In this document: one piece after another, positions 26,011-42,597 of the stretch
Layout: each line of letters begins with the position of its first letter
How positions within the stretch are numbered: position 1 is the first letter of the stretch
Notes under the pieces: generated by a model
What the model was told of the DNA's origin: nothing
What the model saw: the letters and a program-made list of their open reading frames with translations, nothing else
Databases searched by the model: none
Source: Octopus vulgaris
Taxonomy: Eukaryota
DNA length: 64,000 nt
Direction: 5' to 3'
Assembly (NCBI GenBank): GCA_951406725.2
Contig: OX597817.1
Span: forward strand, 57,288,001 to 57,352,000
Translations under genes and position numbers: made by a program

Positions 26011-29000
26011 CTAAACAAAATGCTTAAAATCTCTTGGATTACATTTGATCATTGAAAGAAATTGTATCATGCTATAGCATGATACAATTTAGAATCTTAG
26101 AAAAATACCAATGCTTTATTGGAATGGTAGTAACAGATGTAACTATGCACTGTGCAGAAATGACTGGCTGTTAAAAATTCACTGTAATCAAGGCTATATT
26201 TGTATGGCAAATCTGAGTATTTTGGAGAATGCATCTATGCTTATAAATTCATTTTACTGAACTGAACACAACCGTTTAGAATTTATATTTTGTATACTGA
26301 GATGGTGATGAGTGTGGAGTATGCAAAGAATTTTAGCATCCATACACTTCTCCTCGTGCATCTATCAAACCCTATACCACCCCATTAATATTTCATCATG
26401 TTACTATCAAACTGTAACTATACGATGTTTCCTTTTGTGCTATAATGTTCAATTTATAACGGATCCTTTTAAGGATTTCATAAATTTTGTCTCAGTTCTT
26501 GTTATTAGTTTCAATAGTCATAAAGAACAGAACCTTCTCAATTTATTAGTTATCTCCCTTGCATCACCTTTTGTGTTCCTCCCCAACTTAGTTCAGTTTT
26601 CCAAATGGAAGTGAAGAACTAGTTTTGAGATCTTCTCGGTCTGAAGATTCATTCTTTTACTCTTTTACTTGTTTCAGTCGTATGACTGTGGTCATACTGG
26701 AGCACCGCAGTTAGTTGAGCAAATTAATCCCAGGACTTATTCTTTGTAAGCCTAGTACTTATTCTATCGGACTCTTTTGCCATACTGCTAAGTTACAGGG
26801 ACGTAAACACATCAGCATCGGTTGTCAAGCGATGTTGGGGGGGACAGACAAACAAACACGCACACATGATGGGCTTCTTAAAGTTTCCGTCTACCAAATC
26901 CACTCACAAGGCTTTGGTCAGCCCGAGGCTATAGTAGAAGACACTTGCCCAAGGGGCCATGCAGTGGGACTGAACCCAGAACCATGTGGTTGGTAAGCAA
27001 GCTACTTACCACACCAATTTTTAAAGTATCTGATGAATTCATGGTATATAGATATCATCATCGTTTAAGGGTTCAAATCCAGGATTCACAAGCAAAATAT
27101 TATTTTATAATTTTCAATCTTTCTTGTGTTTCAAAGTTATTTCACTGTTGATTTTTTTTTTTTTTTTCAGTCTTTTAAATGTTTCCCTTTTTTGGACACT
27201 TTTCTATTCAGATTATTCCAAATGTAATCTCTCTAAGTTCTTTATTTTATAAGTTTGGTTCTTTCTGTTCAAACATTTAAAGTTATTCCACCATTTATTT
27301 ATTTATTTATCTCGATATTTCTTACAAATGTTTAAAAATTATTTTAATGTTTTATGTTCCTGTTTTTCTTTGAAATGTTTAAACAAAAAAATTTGGGGTG
27401 GTGGTGGTAAGGGTATATACATGTTTACCACATGTTGAGAGAAGTGGTGGTGGTCTTTACATTTGGTACCACATGTTGGGGAAACATTGGCTGCTTTGGC
27501 CAACCACATGTTCTGAACTGCCACGGACGCTGCTCTTTCCTCCAGATCATCATTATTTAACATCCGTTGTCCATGCTGGCATGGGTTGGACAGTTTGACT
27601 GGGCTGGCATGCTGGAAGGCTGTACCAGGCTCCAGTCTGATTTGGCATGGTTTTCTACTGCTGGATGCCCTTCCTAACATCAACCACTCCGAGAGTGTAA
27701 TGGGGGCTTGACACCAGTATCTGCCCCAACTGCGATTTTGCTTGGCTTGATGGGTTTTCTTCTCAAGCACAACATAATGCCAAAGGTCTTGGTCATTGCC
27801 TCTGTGCGGCCCATCTTAAAACAAAAAAGAAAAATAAATTTGTAAAAATTCAGTCAGTAAAATTGGTCAATCAATGATTGTTTTCTGCAGAATAAATTGG
27901 GATATAATGTATAAATTATTTCCGGCATAACTTTTGTTCAACAATGTCCCTTACGACAGACATTTTTGTTTCGGAAATGTCACTTTACACATACACCTCT
28001 CCTTGTTTGGTACTTACCTCCTTCAGCCATGCCCCCTTTTATGTTTGGTACTTACCCCTTTAACCTTTCAAGCTTATATTGCTTCTGATTTTAATTCCCT
28101 TTTCTCTACAAATCCCTTGATTAGTTTTCTCAACACAAGTACAAAGTTACAGGTTTACACGAGAAGGGTAGCTGATTAGACCAACCCCCAAAACTGGGCT
28201 GGTATTTATTTTATTGATCCCTAAAGATGGAAAGCAAGGCCAGTCTTGACATAATTTTATCTCAGAACATTTAGGGACGTAACTCCAAACGTGGCTGATG
28301 CCAGTGCCGCCTTGACTGGCTCCCATGCTGGTGGCACGTAAAAAGCACCATCTGATCGTGGTCAATGCCACCCCATTATGGCCCCCGTGCCGGTGGCATG
28401 TAAAAAAAGCACCCTCTACACTCTCCGAGTGGTTGGCATTAGGAAGGGCATCCAGCTGTAGAAACACTGCCATATCAGGCTGGAGTCTGGTGCAGCCTCC
28501 TGACTTCCCAGGCCCCAGTTGAACCGTCCAACCCATGCCAGCATGGAAAATGGATGTTAATCAATAATGATGATGACACAAAAGAAAATTATTCTATTAA
28601 AGTAAACAAATCCTACTTTTTGGAATGTGGTGTCTTTTACCTCCACCACGTGGATAATGTAGAAGTATTAAATGCTAAGAACAGCCAATGATAACCTTAA
28701 CTTCATTCACGCTACTTTATGGGTTTCCCTAGACACAATGCTTTTATCCTGAATTGATGAAAGAGAGCAGTAGCATGAGGTCTGATGACACCAAAGATCT
28801 CAAAACCCATCAAGACTTAAAAGAATCTTAATGACAACAGACAGACAGACAGACAGACACACACACATTTTCAGTTTTATATAGATGTCTCATCCTTGTT
28901 ACAGATTCTTATGATTCAGTTTATGAGAGAAGTTGTGATATTCTTTGAGTATACACAGCTATGGTCTATGATGTCGGATTGTGTCAGTCTTTGTGTAAAC

Positions 29001-30093
29001 AAAGCTATGGTGCAGGGTTATGACATTCTGTCTAAAGATAACTGTGATGGGTTTGTGATCAGGAACTTGTGATCTACTTTCTTTGTAATCATAGCTGTGA
29101 TGTGTGATACTGTCCTCTCTCAGAATTAAGTATTTCAGAATACCACTTATCATCATCATCATTTAACATTCGTTTTTCATGCTGGCATGGGTTTGGATGG
29201 TTTGACTGAGGACTGGCAAGCCAGGAGGCTGCACCAGGCTCCAATCTGATCTGGCAATGTTTCTATGGCTGGATGCCTTTCCTAATGCCAACCGCTCTAA
29301 GAGTGTAGTGGGTGCTTTTTACATGCCACCGGCACGGGAGCCAGTTAGGCAGCACTGGCATTGGCCACGTTCGGGTGGTGTTTTAAACATCTCAACACAT
29401 TACCAATCACACAGGGAACAGGACCCTTTTGCCATGGATACTTTAGGATATTGGCGACAGGATATGAACTCTGGATCTGTTGGTTGGCAATTTGATGGTC
29501 CAACGTAGGGTTAAGGAACTCTTTGTCTACCTACAAGACTGAAATTAACACCTGAATAAATCTCTAAAACTGATATGAAAGAAAAATAATCAAAATGGTA
29601 ATTTAAGATTCATCACCATCATTTAGTATTTGCTTTCCATGATGGCATGTGGTCAGGTGGTTTGACTGGAATTGGTAAGCTGGAGAGCTGCACCAGGTTC
29701 CAATCTGATTTGGCTTGGTTTCTATGGTTGGATGCCCTTCCTAATGCCAACTGCTCCAAGAGTGTTGTGTGTGCCTTTTACACGTCACTGGCACCTGCCA
29801 AAGGTTCCAATTGCTTGCCATCACTTCCATGAGACCCAACATTCAAAGATCATGCTTCACCACCTTGTCCTATGTCTTCCTGGGTCTACCTCTTCCACAG
29901 GTTCCCTCCACACTATATTTCTCAACACAGATGGGGTCCCTACAGTTTCTTATGTTACAGTCCCATCCTCATACTAAAAATATTGTACACCCTTACCATA
30001 ACAATTCAAACAATTGTGCCTTGTATAAACTTTGTCAAATATTTGAATTTTTACTGATTTAAAAATTTTTTTCTTTTCTTTTTCATTCATTAG

Positions 30094-30152
30094 ATCGCCA
30101 AAATAGCTATGAAAGAGACGTTATGTAAACAACTAGAATCCCTGGAATTAAG
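30094..30152 (+). CDS. Penultimate coding exon of the + strand gene
   Basis: Strong polypyrimidine plus TAG acceptor; IAKIAMKETLCKQLESLEL continues the coiled coil; AG|GTCAGT donor. Confidence 0.85.
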
Positions 30153-30714
30153 GTCAGTCTGTTTATGAGTATCTTGATTCTTAGAAACAAAATAACTCTA
30201 GAAGACTAATATTTTTTTTGTTTTGCAATTATGGGATTTAGATATGGGATTTCTCTTTTATTGAAGCTATTTACCCTCACTTCAACCTTGAAACATTCAT
30301 AGATGTCTTTTAATGTACATTGTGTAGAGATACAAGCTACTAAGAGTTCTTTGTTTTGGTGACGCTGGTCTACACAGATTTTTGTAATATACCTTGTGTC
30401 TCCAAGCAATCTTCAAGCTCTGAGCACATGCTCTGTTCAGTTTGAAAACTGAACAATGGTACAAGAGAAAAATGAGAAGGCAAATGCAAAAAGTGGAATG
30501 GTGAATAAAAATAGCAAAAAGAAAATTAGTTATGTCCCCTTTGACTATAAAGCCATAATCAAGCTGCTCATTGTGGAATAATTTAATGGAGAGGGTTCCA
30601 AAGCCTGTGAGACAGCTGCTCAATCGGGTGAGGGTGGTGTCCTCCAGTTTGTCAAAAGGAATATGTCCAGATGTTTGCATTTGCTGGATCTCAGCAGTGC
30701 AGTGGAATTTTTAG

Positions 30715-30830
30715 ATCTGAAAACAATGTGATCTTCCAAATATGCACAAGTTGCATTTCTTTGATCCATTAACACATGGCATCGATTTCTCTACAACTCT
30801 CCACTTAATTGTATGTGAAACCCTGTAAGA
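30715..30830 (-). mobile_element. Penelope endonuclease C-terminal remnant
   Basis: IKWRVVEKSMPCVNGSKKCNLC resembles the PLE IKW...KRCNLCL motif. Confidence 0.6.
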
Positions 30831-31813
30831 ATAATGATAATAATTATAATAATGACACTGTATAGCCATGGGCCGCATGGAGACAATGGCTGAGACATCT
30901 GGCATTATATCGTGCTTGAGAAGAAGACCCATGAAACACAGCTGTGGCAGATACCGGTGATACGTAAAAGCACCCATTACACTCTTGGAGTGGTTGGTGT
31001 TAGGAAGGGCATCCAGCTGTAGAAAACCATACCAAATCAGACTGGAGTCTGGTGCAGCCTTCCAGCTTACCAGCCCCAGTCAAACCCTCCAAGCTATGCC
31101 AATATGGACAACAGACATTAAATGATGATGTATACGGTGCTTGGATGCCCTACATTTTGTACTGTACCCAATACATACCAAGGATGCACAACATGTGCAG
31201 GTGAGATCACAAACTGAATGACGGGGAAGAAAGATTTCAAATGTAGAAGATTTGATAGTGAACAGAATTAAATCTTTTACTGAGGTAACAAAAGCTAGAA
31301 GTAGTCGATGGCTTTTTGTTGACTTAATCTCCAGTGGAGGTTGGTGTTCAATCATCCTCGTTTAATGTCCAGTTTTCCATGTTTGCATGGATCAGATGGA
31401 ATTTGCTGAAGCTGACTTTGAGCTGTTTCCAAGCAAGGTAATATTTCTCCATGGCCAGACATGTTTTTCAGTGAAGACTGAACACTAACAACCTCACTTG
31501 AATGATGGCCATGCACATTTACAGCCATTACGCGATAAGACAAGGGTACACACACACACACGTGTGCATAGATGATGGGCTTCTTTCAGTTTCTGTCTAC
31601 CATATCCACTCACAAGCATAGTCTGGCCTAGGGCTATAGTAGAAACCAAGGTGCTGCACTGTGGGACTGAACCTGAGACCACATAGTTGTGGAGAAAGCT
31701 ACTCAGTGACACAGCTCTTGCACCTGTTGTGAATGCAAAGCAGCCAGAGTGGAGGCAGGTAGAAAAAGTTCAAGGAGCCAGTACCTCTGTTAGCAACAAA
31801 AGAGTTCTCTTCT

Positions 31814-31848
<35 letters not shown>

Positions 31849-32385
31849 GCATGTGGGGTAGACTGTATGATGCTTTTGTATGAAGTGCAATGGAAAAAAT
31901 GAAGCAAGTATACTGTTGAGGATGTGTAATGTTAACATGTAGGTAAAACAATATAGTAGTGCTGAGAGAAATACAAGGCATTTAGAGGTATCGGTTGTAG
32001 CATGTAAAACAAGAGAACTGCCATAAGATATGTGATGGGAATGAAGAATGATTGTTGGTGAAAAATGTATGATTGCAAGTGGAATTAGTAGAAGAGGAGA
32101 AGCAAAAATGTAAGAAGAATTGTGGAGAAATGTAATCTCAGGGTGCTAAACCTCACAAAGAAGATAAAGGAGTTGCACAAAAGAGATGATTTTTGGCTGA
32201 AGCAACCATGCAACCCATGTACAATGGAAAAGTAGATGTAAAAATGATGATGAAGATGACACACACACACACACATATATATATATTAATAATGGTATGA
32301 CAACAAAAGAATGAATGAGACCTCGATATTATGTAAATAGAGGAATTTATCTGTAATATAATATGTGACAATTGTTCGGTTGCCA

Positions 32386-32448
32386 TAATAAAACTCTGAG
32401 TTTCAGATGTTGGGGCAGAAATCTTCTCCAGCATCTCTTCAGTTATTA
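32386..32448 (-). ncRNA. Predicted type I hammerhead ribozyme in a pLTR-like inverted repeat (32348-32532)
   Basis: UAAUAA-CUGAAGA-GAUGCUGG...CCAACAUCU-GAAA-CU(CAG)AGU-U-UUAUUA: 6-bp stem I, long stem II, GUU triplet. Confidence 0.65.
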
Positions 32449-32735
32449 AGACAATCAAAAAATGCCCAACATCCGAAACTTGGAGTTTTATTATGGCAAC
32501 CGAATAATTGTCACATATTATATTGCAGATATGTCTGTGTGTATTTGTGGTGGGAGGAATCACAAAGAAGGTGAGTATTCAAATATAGGCTTTGTTAGAA
32601 GCTGAGGTAGATTTAGTTATATTGTTTTAGAGTATAGTCCACTGTGCCTTTCTGAGGCCCAAATAAATTAGCACACTTACCTTTCAAACACTGAACTTCC
32701 TACAAATGGTTTTTTTCTTCTTTTCTCTTTTCCAG

Positions 32736-32745
32736 AGACCATTGA
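32736..32745 (+). CDS. Terminal coding exon (R-D-H-stop) of the + strand gene, followed by a probable 3' UTR
   Basis: Very strong TTTTCTCTTTTCCAG acceptor; phase 2 gives AG|A GAC CAT TGA. A SINE-free AT-rich stretch follows, with AATAAA near 33456. Confidence 0.6.
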
Positions 32746-34512
32746 TGACTAGTGGAGCCTTAACTGCCGAAATTCTTTGAATTTATATATTCAGAAATAT
32801 TTTATTTTCCTTTCTAAACATTTGTCAGAAACCTGGTGAATACTGAACTCAAGACATTTGGGTTTGAGTTCCTATCGCAGCAAGTATTGTGTTGTCCTTA
32901 GACAAGACTCTTAACACAACATGCTTTGCAAATAATAATAATAATAATTAAAAAAAATCATCCTACCTTTTAAAAAAAATTCTAATAATCTAATATTTTC
33001 CCCCCTTAAATTCATTTTCCATTACAAGTTTGGAAAATGCATCAAAATATGAGAGAAAATGATATGAGACTTCAAATTGTTTGCTAAGGGCTTGTGCAAT
33101 CACTGTGAGCTGGAATTAAAAAAGAAAAGAAAAAGGAAATTGTCTCATGACATCTTTTTGTTGGTACAAGTTCAATTCTTCAATTGTTAGTTGAAGTTAC
33201 ACTCTAACCTCCAGCCCCTAATCTCTTGTCTTAAGCCTAATCCTAACCCCTACCCCACATCAGCTGTATGATCGAACGCCACGGGGAAAATTTCTTTCTC
33301 ATTCAACTCAATCATTAATGCTCAGAAGAAAGCTTTAAATTTTTATTAATGTAGAAGAATGTAAGTTTGGTCTCAATATGCTAAGGTCATTCATTTTCGA
33401 TTAGTCTTTTTTAATACTTGCTCAAAAATATCACACCCACCACCAAAAGACTTAAAATAAAACAGGTGAATTGTGATCTTTCAGACAGAGCCAGTCTTTG
33501 AATTTTATTAAGGGTTTTTTTCCCCCCTAATGCAGACCATCACTACTTTCCTCAAACTGTTATTTTAAAAACTCATAAATTAAGAGTAAATTATTACATT
33601 TTTTGCTCATAACAAATTTTTCATCCGGTGCCTATTTTTCCATTATGACAAAGTAGTCAGGTCTATAAATCCAACTGTTTATGTTTATAGAAAATTTTTT
33701 TCTTGTATGTCTGGTTGCTCTCCTTAATATCTAGCTATTGTGTCATATAATGAGAGCAATACACACTTTCATGCTAGCTAGTCATATGCATTTCCAAGTT
33801 TACAACACAAATATTTGAACTCACGACCAATAGTTCAGTAACCACTTACCACAATCCTTCTGTCGTTATTTCACACTGTCAAAATATAACAATCTATATT
33901 AATGATAGAAATTTTTCATGAGTTATACAAGAACTTTTAAATGAAGCAACATCATTTAGTTTTTATCAACTATTTCTAAATTGTTATACATGCCAGCTTC
34001 CTATTGTTAGGTGTAAGATATTCAAAAGAATCATATAAATAAGATTTAGTAGTAGGAGATACAAAATAACTTAGTACCTTTAGATACTAAACTGAAAATA
34101 GCACTAATGTGGTATATGAGTATGTTTGTGTATATCTGTATATCTATATATATATATATATAGCAGATGTGTTTTTTTCATTATGTTGTTACTAAAATGT
34201 GAAGCAAATAATGCCAATGCAATTTCAGTAATAGGTTGCTGGCAAGATATCACAGTGGAAAAAAAACAAAAAAACAGCTTTAGTAAGGAGTTATTATATT
34301 AGAGCTAAGAAATATATTTCACTCCAGATTACATATATCAAAAGAAGGGCAAACAGACATCCCTGCAGAAATCCTCATCTAAACAGGATTTTTAGGTGAG
34401 GAAATAACATAAAAAGGACATTGTAAATGATAATTAGGGAACATAAAAAACAAATCTTATTGGGTCTAATAGAACTGATGGATTGAGGAGGTTTCAGAAC
34501 AATATATAAAAT

Positions 34513-37809
<3,297 letters not shown>

Positions 37810-37874
37810 TATTCCTCTTCTCTCTTCCTCTGTCATCATTTCATGAATCTATACCCTATACATTCTCCTTATTT

Positions 37875-37930
37875 GTCACCGATGACGGAAGGTCCCATAC
37901 TCTGGAATATCCCAGAAACAGCTGTAAGAC
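37875..37930 (+). ncRNA. Degenerate hammerhead-like motif
   Basis: CCGAUGA...GAAA-CAGCUGU-A with a palindromic stem III; U4 is mutated and stem I is weak. Confidence 0.35.
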
Positions 37931-38667
37931 CTTGAATTTTTTTCCAATAATGAATATGACTTGAGACATTTGCCTTATCGTCTGTTGTCCTGTTTAACAA
38001 TTATACATCTGCTGCATTGGAAATCTGCAATGGTTACATAACTACCATCTCGTCTGTAAGCTCGGAGCCCCAGTAATTCGTTACAGCACTTACCTAGTGT
38101 ACCTAATCGTTTAGATCACCTGTGAACTAAATCCCCATATTTTGTATATTTACTTATGTAGGTTCTACTTCTTTCAAATTAAGATTTATGTAATCCACTT
38201 CACACCTTTAGAAGGATAAATGAAATGAAAACATTGCTCTCCAGAAAGTCTGGGAGTTAGAAAACGAAATCTTGACTTTTTTTTTTCATTTAATGTGGAG
38301 CATTAATGACACATGCTGAGCCATTTGTTAACAATAGATAGGATTGTAATCTCTGCTCTGTGGAATTGTTGGAAATCTAAAATGCACGAGAGAGGTTCTT
38401 TTATTCTTTTACTTGTTTCAGTCATTTGACTGTGGCCATACAGGAGCACCACCTTTTAGTTGAATAAATCGACCCCAGGACTTATTCTTTGTAAGCCTAG
38501 AACTTATTCTATTGGTCTTTTTTGCCGAACCACTAAGTTACAGGGATGGTAAACACAGACACAAAAACACACACATATATATAATATATCCTGAGCGTCC
38601 AATAGCGCTATACTTGTTCCGCGTCCTCGCGTTGTTGAGTTTTCTCTTTGTGTTTTCATGTTTGGAT

Positions 38668-38700
<33 letters not shown>

Positions 38701-38706
<6 letters not shown>

Positions 38707-38938
38707 GTTATCGCCATACTAATATGGCATTCTTATAAAAATAAGAATAAAGCTGTCCGCTTATTAGCTCCATGAGGCCATCGCCTTAAGTTAGCTATTT
38801 GATACACAAACTGTATCCATATAACCTTCGAACAAGGGAGGTCAGTCGCTCCACACTACTTGACTGGCAGCTACAGACGTGTTTCGGGGTATTGCCCCTT
38901 TTCAATGCAGGGTAGCCAGACCAGTAGGTGTCGCTTCT
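38701..38938 (-). repeat. Hammerhead-containing tandem repeat, part of the unit interrupted by the LINE
   Basis: Nearly identical to 44443-44680. Confidence 0.9.
38870..38911 (-). ncRNA. Predicted type I hammerhead (U3-A8 core variant) downstream of the LINE
   Basis: CUGCA-UUGAAAA-GGGG(CAAUA)CCCC-GAAA-CACG-UC-UGUAG. Confidence 0.65.
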
Positions 38939-39174
38939 AAAATCTTTATTATGATTATAAAAATCTTAGAGAGATAGTACATTACAATACAAAACATAAT
39001 TACAAAAAGTTTACGTTGTTCGTTTGATATTTACATATGTTGATTATTGATTATGATACTAGACTTTACTTTCTCCTTTTTTTTTAAAAATTAAAAATGA
39101 TTTTGGCCAGCTAGGTATATCACAGTCAGGATTCTTACCCGACAGCCTAAGAGCCCAGAGACTATTTTCTCCCT

Positions 39175-42100
39175 TCATGATGACCAAGCAGGGTTACTCA
39201 CACCCACCTTTTTTATCACATCCTTCCATCGATTCACATACTTTTTCTGTGTCAGGTTCCTCTTCTCTAAATCCATCTTGCTCTTTAGATGGTATCTGAA
39301 GTATTTTAACATACCATATCCAGAGACAAAGGTTCCTGACACCAAACCTTCCAATCTAGTTCTCCACACACACTCTTTCAGTACTGCCACCGTACAGTGA
39401 AAACAAGCCTCACCTTCCTTTGAGAGTCCAGCTGGCGGTATCATCTTTATTATAGATCCAGCCGATAGCTGTACTCGTCCCAGATGCGACAACACGTGTT
39501 CTACGTAACTTATTAAGCCTGACAGCTCCTGACAATGTACAAAAGCGTGCTGGACGGTTTCATCATCCAACCCACATCTTGGACATGTCGGTGGCACTGA
39601 CATTCCATGCCTATATAACTTATCGCGAACAGGTAGAGCATTCCTATAGCACTGCCAAGTCAGGGATTTTTGGTAATTGTCCAAATACCCTGGCTTGAAA
39701 GTCTTCTTAAACAGGTCGGATAGTTGATCCTCATCGAACCCCAGAGCCCCTCTTGAGGACGTCGTCATTTTTTGCCTCTACCATCCTTCTATAAAATGTC
39801 GAGGTGGTATTCCCGCAGCCGGCTTTGCCTATCTTGTGGATCAGCCAGAGTGCCTGTCGGCACTCTTTCTGCCATAAAGTCAGGTTCCGTCTTTTAATGA
39901 AACCGGGTTTAAATCTCTCCATAGAGTCCGGTTGCGGGAAGAAATTATCTGCCAGCGGACTCCACACCTTATCACCTTCCAGGTGAAACCAGAGATGTCT
40001 CAGTCTCAGCGCATGCCTGCGCATCATTAACCAAGGCATCCCCAGCCCACCCTTTAGTGGTTCCTGGCAACACACGGAGCGCCTTACAAGTGGCTTTCCT
40101 CCCTTCCACAAAAAGCGGAAAAGGAGTCGATCCAACTTGCTTAGCCACAAATCGGGGCAAGGCACGACAGTCAGGTGATAGGTGATTACAGATGCTATAA
40201 ACACCTGTACCACCTCCGCCCTCCCTTTCAAGGAAAGATGCCTTCCGGACCACTCCCGAACTATGGCTTCTACCTTGGTCACTACCTCGCTCCAATTTTT
40301 CTCCGTCTGGGAGTCTGAACCAAACCAAACTCCAAGCAATTTAACAGGACCATCTGTCCAGTGTCCAACAACACTGGACGATATCGGCTTGTTCCTCCAG
40401 GTGCCGAGGCGCAAACCAGTGGACTTGTCCTTGTTAACTTTTGCCCCAGCCACCGCTTCGTATCTTCGGAGAGCACCTTCTACACGAGTTAGTTGTGCTT
40501 CGTTGGACACGATGAAGGTGACGTCATCCGCATACGCAGAAACAGACTTACCGCATCCGATTTCATTAGGATTGCATCTCACCGTCTCCAACTTCCGCAG
40601 CAATGGCTCAAGAGCCAACACGTACAGGAGAGGGGACAAGGGACATCCTTGACGAACTGAACGCTTAATCGAAAACGGTTCCGTTAAGTAACCGTTTATC
40701 TGGACTGTGGACTTGATACCGCTGTACATAGCTGATATCCACCCACGAAAGTCAGGACCTAGCCCAGCCGCTTCGAGAACCGTCGCCAGGTACTGATGAT
40801 CTACCTTATCAAATGCTTTACTTTGGTCTAAATGGACCAATGCCCCTCCTTTGCCGGCTAATTGCCCAACCCTGTCTGTAGTGTAGCGTAGAAGGTGAAG
40901 ATTATCTTCGATCGACCTGCCTGGGATTGCACATGTCTGTGCCTTTCCGACAAGTTTTTCCATGACGACCTTCAACCTTTCTGCTAACACATTGGCCAAA
41001 ATCTTTAACTCTACATTAAGTAGAGTTATGGGCCTATAATTACTAATATTATCCCCCTTGCTCGGGTCTTTCTGGATCAGCGTCACAACTCCCCGGCTCA
41101 CAGAACTGGGAATCCTCCCATTCTGTTGCCAGTTTGCGTAGACGCTTGCCAGTATGTCCCTGAACAAGTCCGGCATACAACAATAAAACTCATAGGGCAG
41201 ACCATCCAGTCCCGGCGACTTTTCCCGGGCGCATTCAGCCAAAACCCCTCTTACCTCCGCGGGAGTAATCGGTCCTTCACAGCGTTCCGCTCTGCTTGGC
41301 GAGAGCCGAGGCCCACCAGCTAGGAAGTTCTGTAAGTCCTCCCCTCGCTCGAGTGGATCGCCTTCCCCAAACAACCGAGCGAAACGCTGTTGAAAGACCT
41401 TCTGTATCTCCTCCTGTCCATAGATTTTGCGTCCCTGTTCGTCAGTTAAAGACTTAATAGAGGACTTTTTGCCCTTCTGACTCTCCACACGACGTGCCCA
41501 TCCGGCAACATTAATACCTTCTCGTTTCACTGCACGTAGCTTAGCTCTGACTCTACATCCTTCATGCTTGGCATTGAGGTGACGGTACAAGATCGTTCTC
41601 TCTGCTAACACTCTAGATGCACAGCCAGATCCCATTGCCTCGTCTAAGTTCTTAACTAAATCGCCCTCTATTCTAGTCCTATCTAAACTTAGCTGGTTGC
41701 TAAATCTAATGGACTCAAACGGATGGCTCTTTTGAGGGCGATCCACCATCTATTATTAATGATGGTACCACATAATGCCCTCTGGACTAATTCCATAATC
41801 CGGTTACGGAAAGCTTCACAAGCCAAAATAGACTTGTTCATTTTCCAGTATCCGGGTCCCTGTCTATGGCATTTATCTACATGTACCTCACACATCACTA
41901 ATTTGTGATCCGTGTAAGGCACAATACAAAATTGTGGACAGCTAATGCTATTCCTATCTCGTTCTTTAACAAATACCCTATCTATATACGATCTGCGTGA
42001 GCCGTCATTGTTACTCCACGTCCACTGTGGAATGCTCGGCTCATCCATTCGAAACCGATCTACTAGATTAAAGCTCGTCAGTAGACCCTTAAGGCAAGGA

Positions 42101-42573
42101 TTCCCCCTTCTATCAGACGAGCCCACACTATCTATCCGTGCATCGATGATAGTGTTGAAATCCCCTACCAATACTACCGTTTTAGACGTCACTAGAAAGT
42201 GCTCCAAGTTCCGATAAAAACCAGTCTGCCTACCCTCATTAGGAGCATAAACAGCTACCAACCTGAAGGACTGCTTACTCACGTGAGTTACATCGAGGAC
42301 AACCAGCCTACCTTCTGGGTCCATAAAGACAGTACTTACCTGTAAGTCCAAGTTCTTCCTGATAAGGACTGCCATGCCTGCACTCCCTCCTCGGCTAGGA
42401 GAAATAAATTTCTCGTAACCATTGAGAAGATGCGAGAACGCTTGGGTTCCTCTCATCTTGGACTTGGTGACAATGGCTACATCTATTCTGTGTGTCCTGA
42501 GGTCGTCCAGCAAGCAAGCCTGTTTCCATTTCGACCCCATTCCACGCACATTTATACAGCCCAACTTAATCAT
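39175..42573 (-). pseudogene. LINE ORF2 (AP endonuclease, reverse transcriptase, zinc finger), split by two frameshifts
   Basis: EN motifs NVRG, VYAP, GDFN, IDR and TDH; RT motifs KSPGLDG, YRPITLLN, DQSKAFD, QGCPLSP and YADD; zinc finger CPRC...H...C. Frameshifts at about 41720 and 39750; Lys at the expected EN catalytic Glu (VTKSK). Confidence 0.92.
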
Positions 42574-42597
42574 CGATGAATGAAGAAAGTTTGTTAC

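Noticed and set aside
28770-28820. CTGATGA hammerhead-like word
   Set aside because: No GAAA and no pairing stems.
33200-33260. Telomere-like CCTAA repeats
   Set aside because: Short and degenerate; more likely part of a dispersed repeat.
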